From a virus (lineage: Duplodnaviria > Heunggongvirae > Uroviricota > Caudoviricetes), in the IMG/VR virus record IMGVR_UViG_3300007511_000008: 64,000 nt of DNA; one strand, given 5' to 3'. The number at the start of each line of letters is the position of its first letter. Position 1 is the stretch's first letter. The notes beneath the pieces were generated by a model. The model was given only the letters and a program-made list of their open reading frames with translations, was not told the DNA's origin and ran no database searches. Made by a program: the position numbers and the translations under genes. Positions 62,452-64,000 of the stretch are shown one piece after another.

Positions 62452-64000
62452 ATGCTACGCGCCGGAAATCTACTGCCAAAACCTATTACTATCCGGACGC
62501 AGAGCCAGCTTGAGCAGGCAGTAGCAGAACTGTGGGATGCCCCGATGTTGGCGTACGATACCGAAACCACCGGTCTCAGCCGACCTCGGGACATCGCCCG
62601 GTTCCTGGCATTGTCAGATGGTAAGCGCCGCTATTGTATTGGTCCAGAGCTCATCATGGCCGACGAGGTCAAGTTGTTGATGGAGAAGCCAGACCAAAAG
62701 CTAATTGCGCACAATGCCAACTTCGACGCCTGGATGATGCATAACATAAATGTGCACGTATACCGGATTCCCGAGCGGACATACGACACGGCTGTAATGC
62801 ACCTACTCTATGATGATCTCTCCCCGCACAGCCTGGACGTTGTTGCCAGCCAACTGGTCAACATCCATAAGTACTCTTTCACCACAGCTTTCCCAGAAGC
62901 TAAGAAAGAGAGGGGAATCAAGATCGGGGAAATGTTGGACAAGATTTGGGCGACCGACCCAGAACGCGTTAGCCACTACGCCTCCCTCGATGCTTACGCT
63001 ACGTACAAGGTATTCATCAAACTGCGGGAGCTTCTGCAGGGGATGAAGATCATGGACGAGCAAACACTGTGGGACTACTACTGCACCTATGAGCTCCCGT
63101 TCACCAGCGTACTACTCAGCATGGAAATGACGGGGGTTGAGGTGGACATGACCACCCTGCAAGCAATGCGACCGGACTTGGACCAAAGAGAGCATGATCT
63201 TCGGCGCTGGTTCGCAAAAGAGGCAGGTACACTGGTTCGACCGACAGGTAAGAAGATATCGGAATTCTTTTTCGATAATCTCAAGCTTCCCCCACTCAAA
63301 CTCTCGGAAGAGACAGGTGTCCCTTCCCTAGATAAAGAAACTTTGAAGATGTGGGCTGCTACCGGTAGCGAGCATGCGCAAAAGCTTCTGGAGTGGAGGC
63401 AAACTATCGACATGCGCACACGATATGTCGCTAACCTGGAAAACCTGGTCCACAAAAAGACAGGGCGGTTGCACACGACGTTCAATCAGCACATTGTGAA
63501 GACCGGGCGTTTGAGTAGTTCTGACCCAAACCTGCAGAACCAGCCCCCGGAAGTACGCAAGGTCTTTGTAGCCAGTAAGGGCAAACGCCTGCTGGTTATG
63601 GACTATGGACAGGTGGAGTGGCGAATAACCGCGTATCTCTCCGGTGATGTTCGGATGACCAAGGACATACAAGAGGGGAAGGATGCCCATGCTGCAACCG
63701 CGGCTGCGATGTTCGAGGTTCCATATGAGGACGTTATTGCGGCTAAAAAGGTAGAGGATGAGGAACTACTTACTGAACGGCAAGTACAACTTCTCCGTCT
63801 AAGGTCCTTGGCTAAGACACTTAACTTCGGAATTCTTTACGGAGAAGGCCCACACAAGCTGTCGCAACAGTTGGGTATTACCGTAGACGAAGCTAAGAGC
63901 CTGTTACGTAAGTTCCGAGAAACTTACCCGGAGCTACACAAGTACTTCCGTGATACGATCAATCTGGCCACAGAGATGGGCTACTGCCAAACACTCTTGG
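62452..64000 (+). CDS. Family-A DNA polymerase (Pol I-like) with a 3'-5' exonuclease domain. 3'-truncated by the window end.
   Basis: Exo I motif 'LAYDTETTGL'. Polymerase motifs 'RLHTTFNQHIVKTGRLSSSDPNLQNQP', motif A 'LLVMDYGQVEWRITAY' and motif B 'RSLAKTLNFGILYG'. Confidence 0.8.
   Translation, partial: MLRAGNLLPKPITIRTQSQLEQAVAELWDAPMLAYDTETTGLSRPRDIARFLALSDGKRRYCIGPELIMADEVKLLMEKPDQKLIAHNANFDAWMMHNINVHVYRIPERTYDTAVMHLLYDDLSPHSLDVVASQLVNIHKYSFTTAFPEAKKERGIKIGEMLDKIWATDPERVSHYASLDAYATYKVFIKLRELLQGMKIMDEQTLWDYYCTYELPFTSVLLSMEMTGVEVDMTTLQAMRPDLDQREHDLRRWFAKEAGTLVRPTGKKISEFFFDNLKLPPLKLSEETGVPSLDKETLKMWAATGSEHAQKLLEWRQTIDMRTRYVANLENLVHKKTGRLHTTFNQHIVKTGRLSSSDPNLQNQPPEVRKVFVASKGKRLLVMDYGQVEWRITAYLSGDVRMTKDIQEGKDAHAATAAAMFEVPYEDVIAAKKVEDEELLTERQVQLLRLRSLAKTLNFGILYGEGPHKLSQQLGITVDEAKSLLRKFRETYPELHKYFRDTINLATEMGYCQTLL

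Overview
The window reads as a contiguous segment of a tailed dsDNA phage genome: about 55-58% GC, strong GGAGG-type ribosome-binding sites, tightly packed and often overlapping genes, and terminase, portal and capsid-like genes present. No integrase or transposase was seen, and no rRNA, tRNA or CRISPR array was recognised by eye. Genes fall into three strand blocks. Block 1 (35-15823, + strand) is accessory/early-like. It holds an SPFH/flotillin-like protein, a lysozyme-like protein and a complete four-gene ubiquitin-like conjugation cassette (Ubl, E2-like, JAB/JAMM peptidase, ThiF/MoeB-type E1). It also holds a Cas4-like Fe-S nuclease, a YkgJ-family Cys-cluster protein, a ParB-like protein, a classic-clade AAA+ ATPase, a divergent RecA homolog, a NrdG-like radical-SAM activase and a DUF2997-like/DUF1257-like pair. 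Block 2 (15820-55507, - strand) is the virion/morphogenesis block. It holds tandem paralogous structural genes, a 1400-aa fibre-like protein, an MCP candidate, acidic scaffold-like proteins and the terminase large subunit. It also holds an SNF2-family helicase, several large virion-like proteins, a 2094-aa single-polypeptide fused beta-beta' multisubunit-type RNA polymerase and a portal candidate. Block 3 (55651-64000, + strand) is a replication module: an SF2 helicase, a family-4 UDG, a DnaB-like helicase, a DnaG-like primase, a multi-zinc-ribbon protein and the 5' part of a family-A DNA polymerase running off the window. The two most notable items are the phage-borne E1-E2-JAB-Ubl cassette, which may cooperate with neighbouring genes, and the virion-module fused beta/beta' RNAP. 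Many long antisense ORFs in the supplied track are judged to be GC-driven artefacts.
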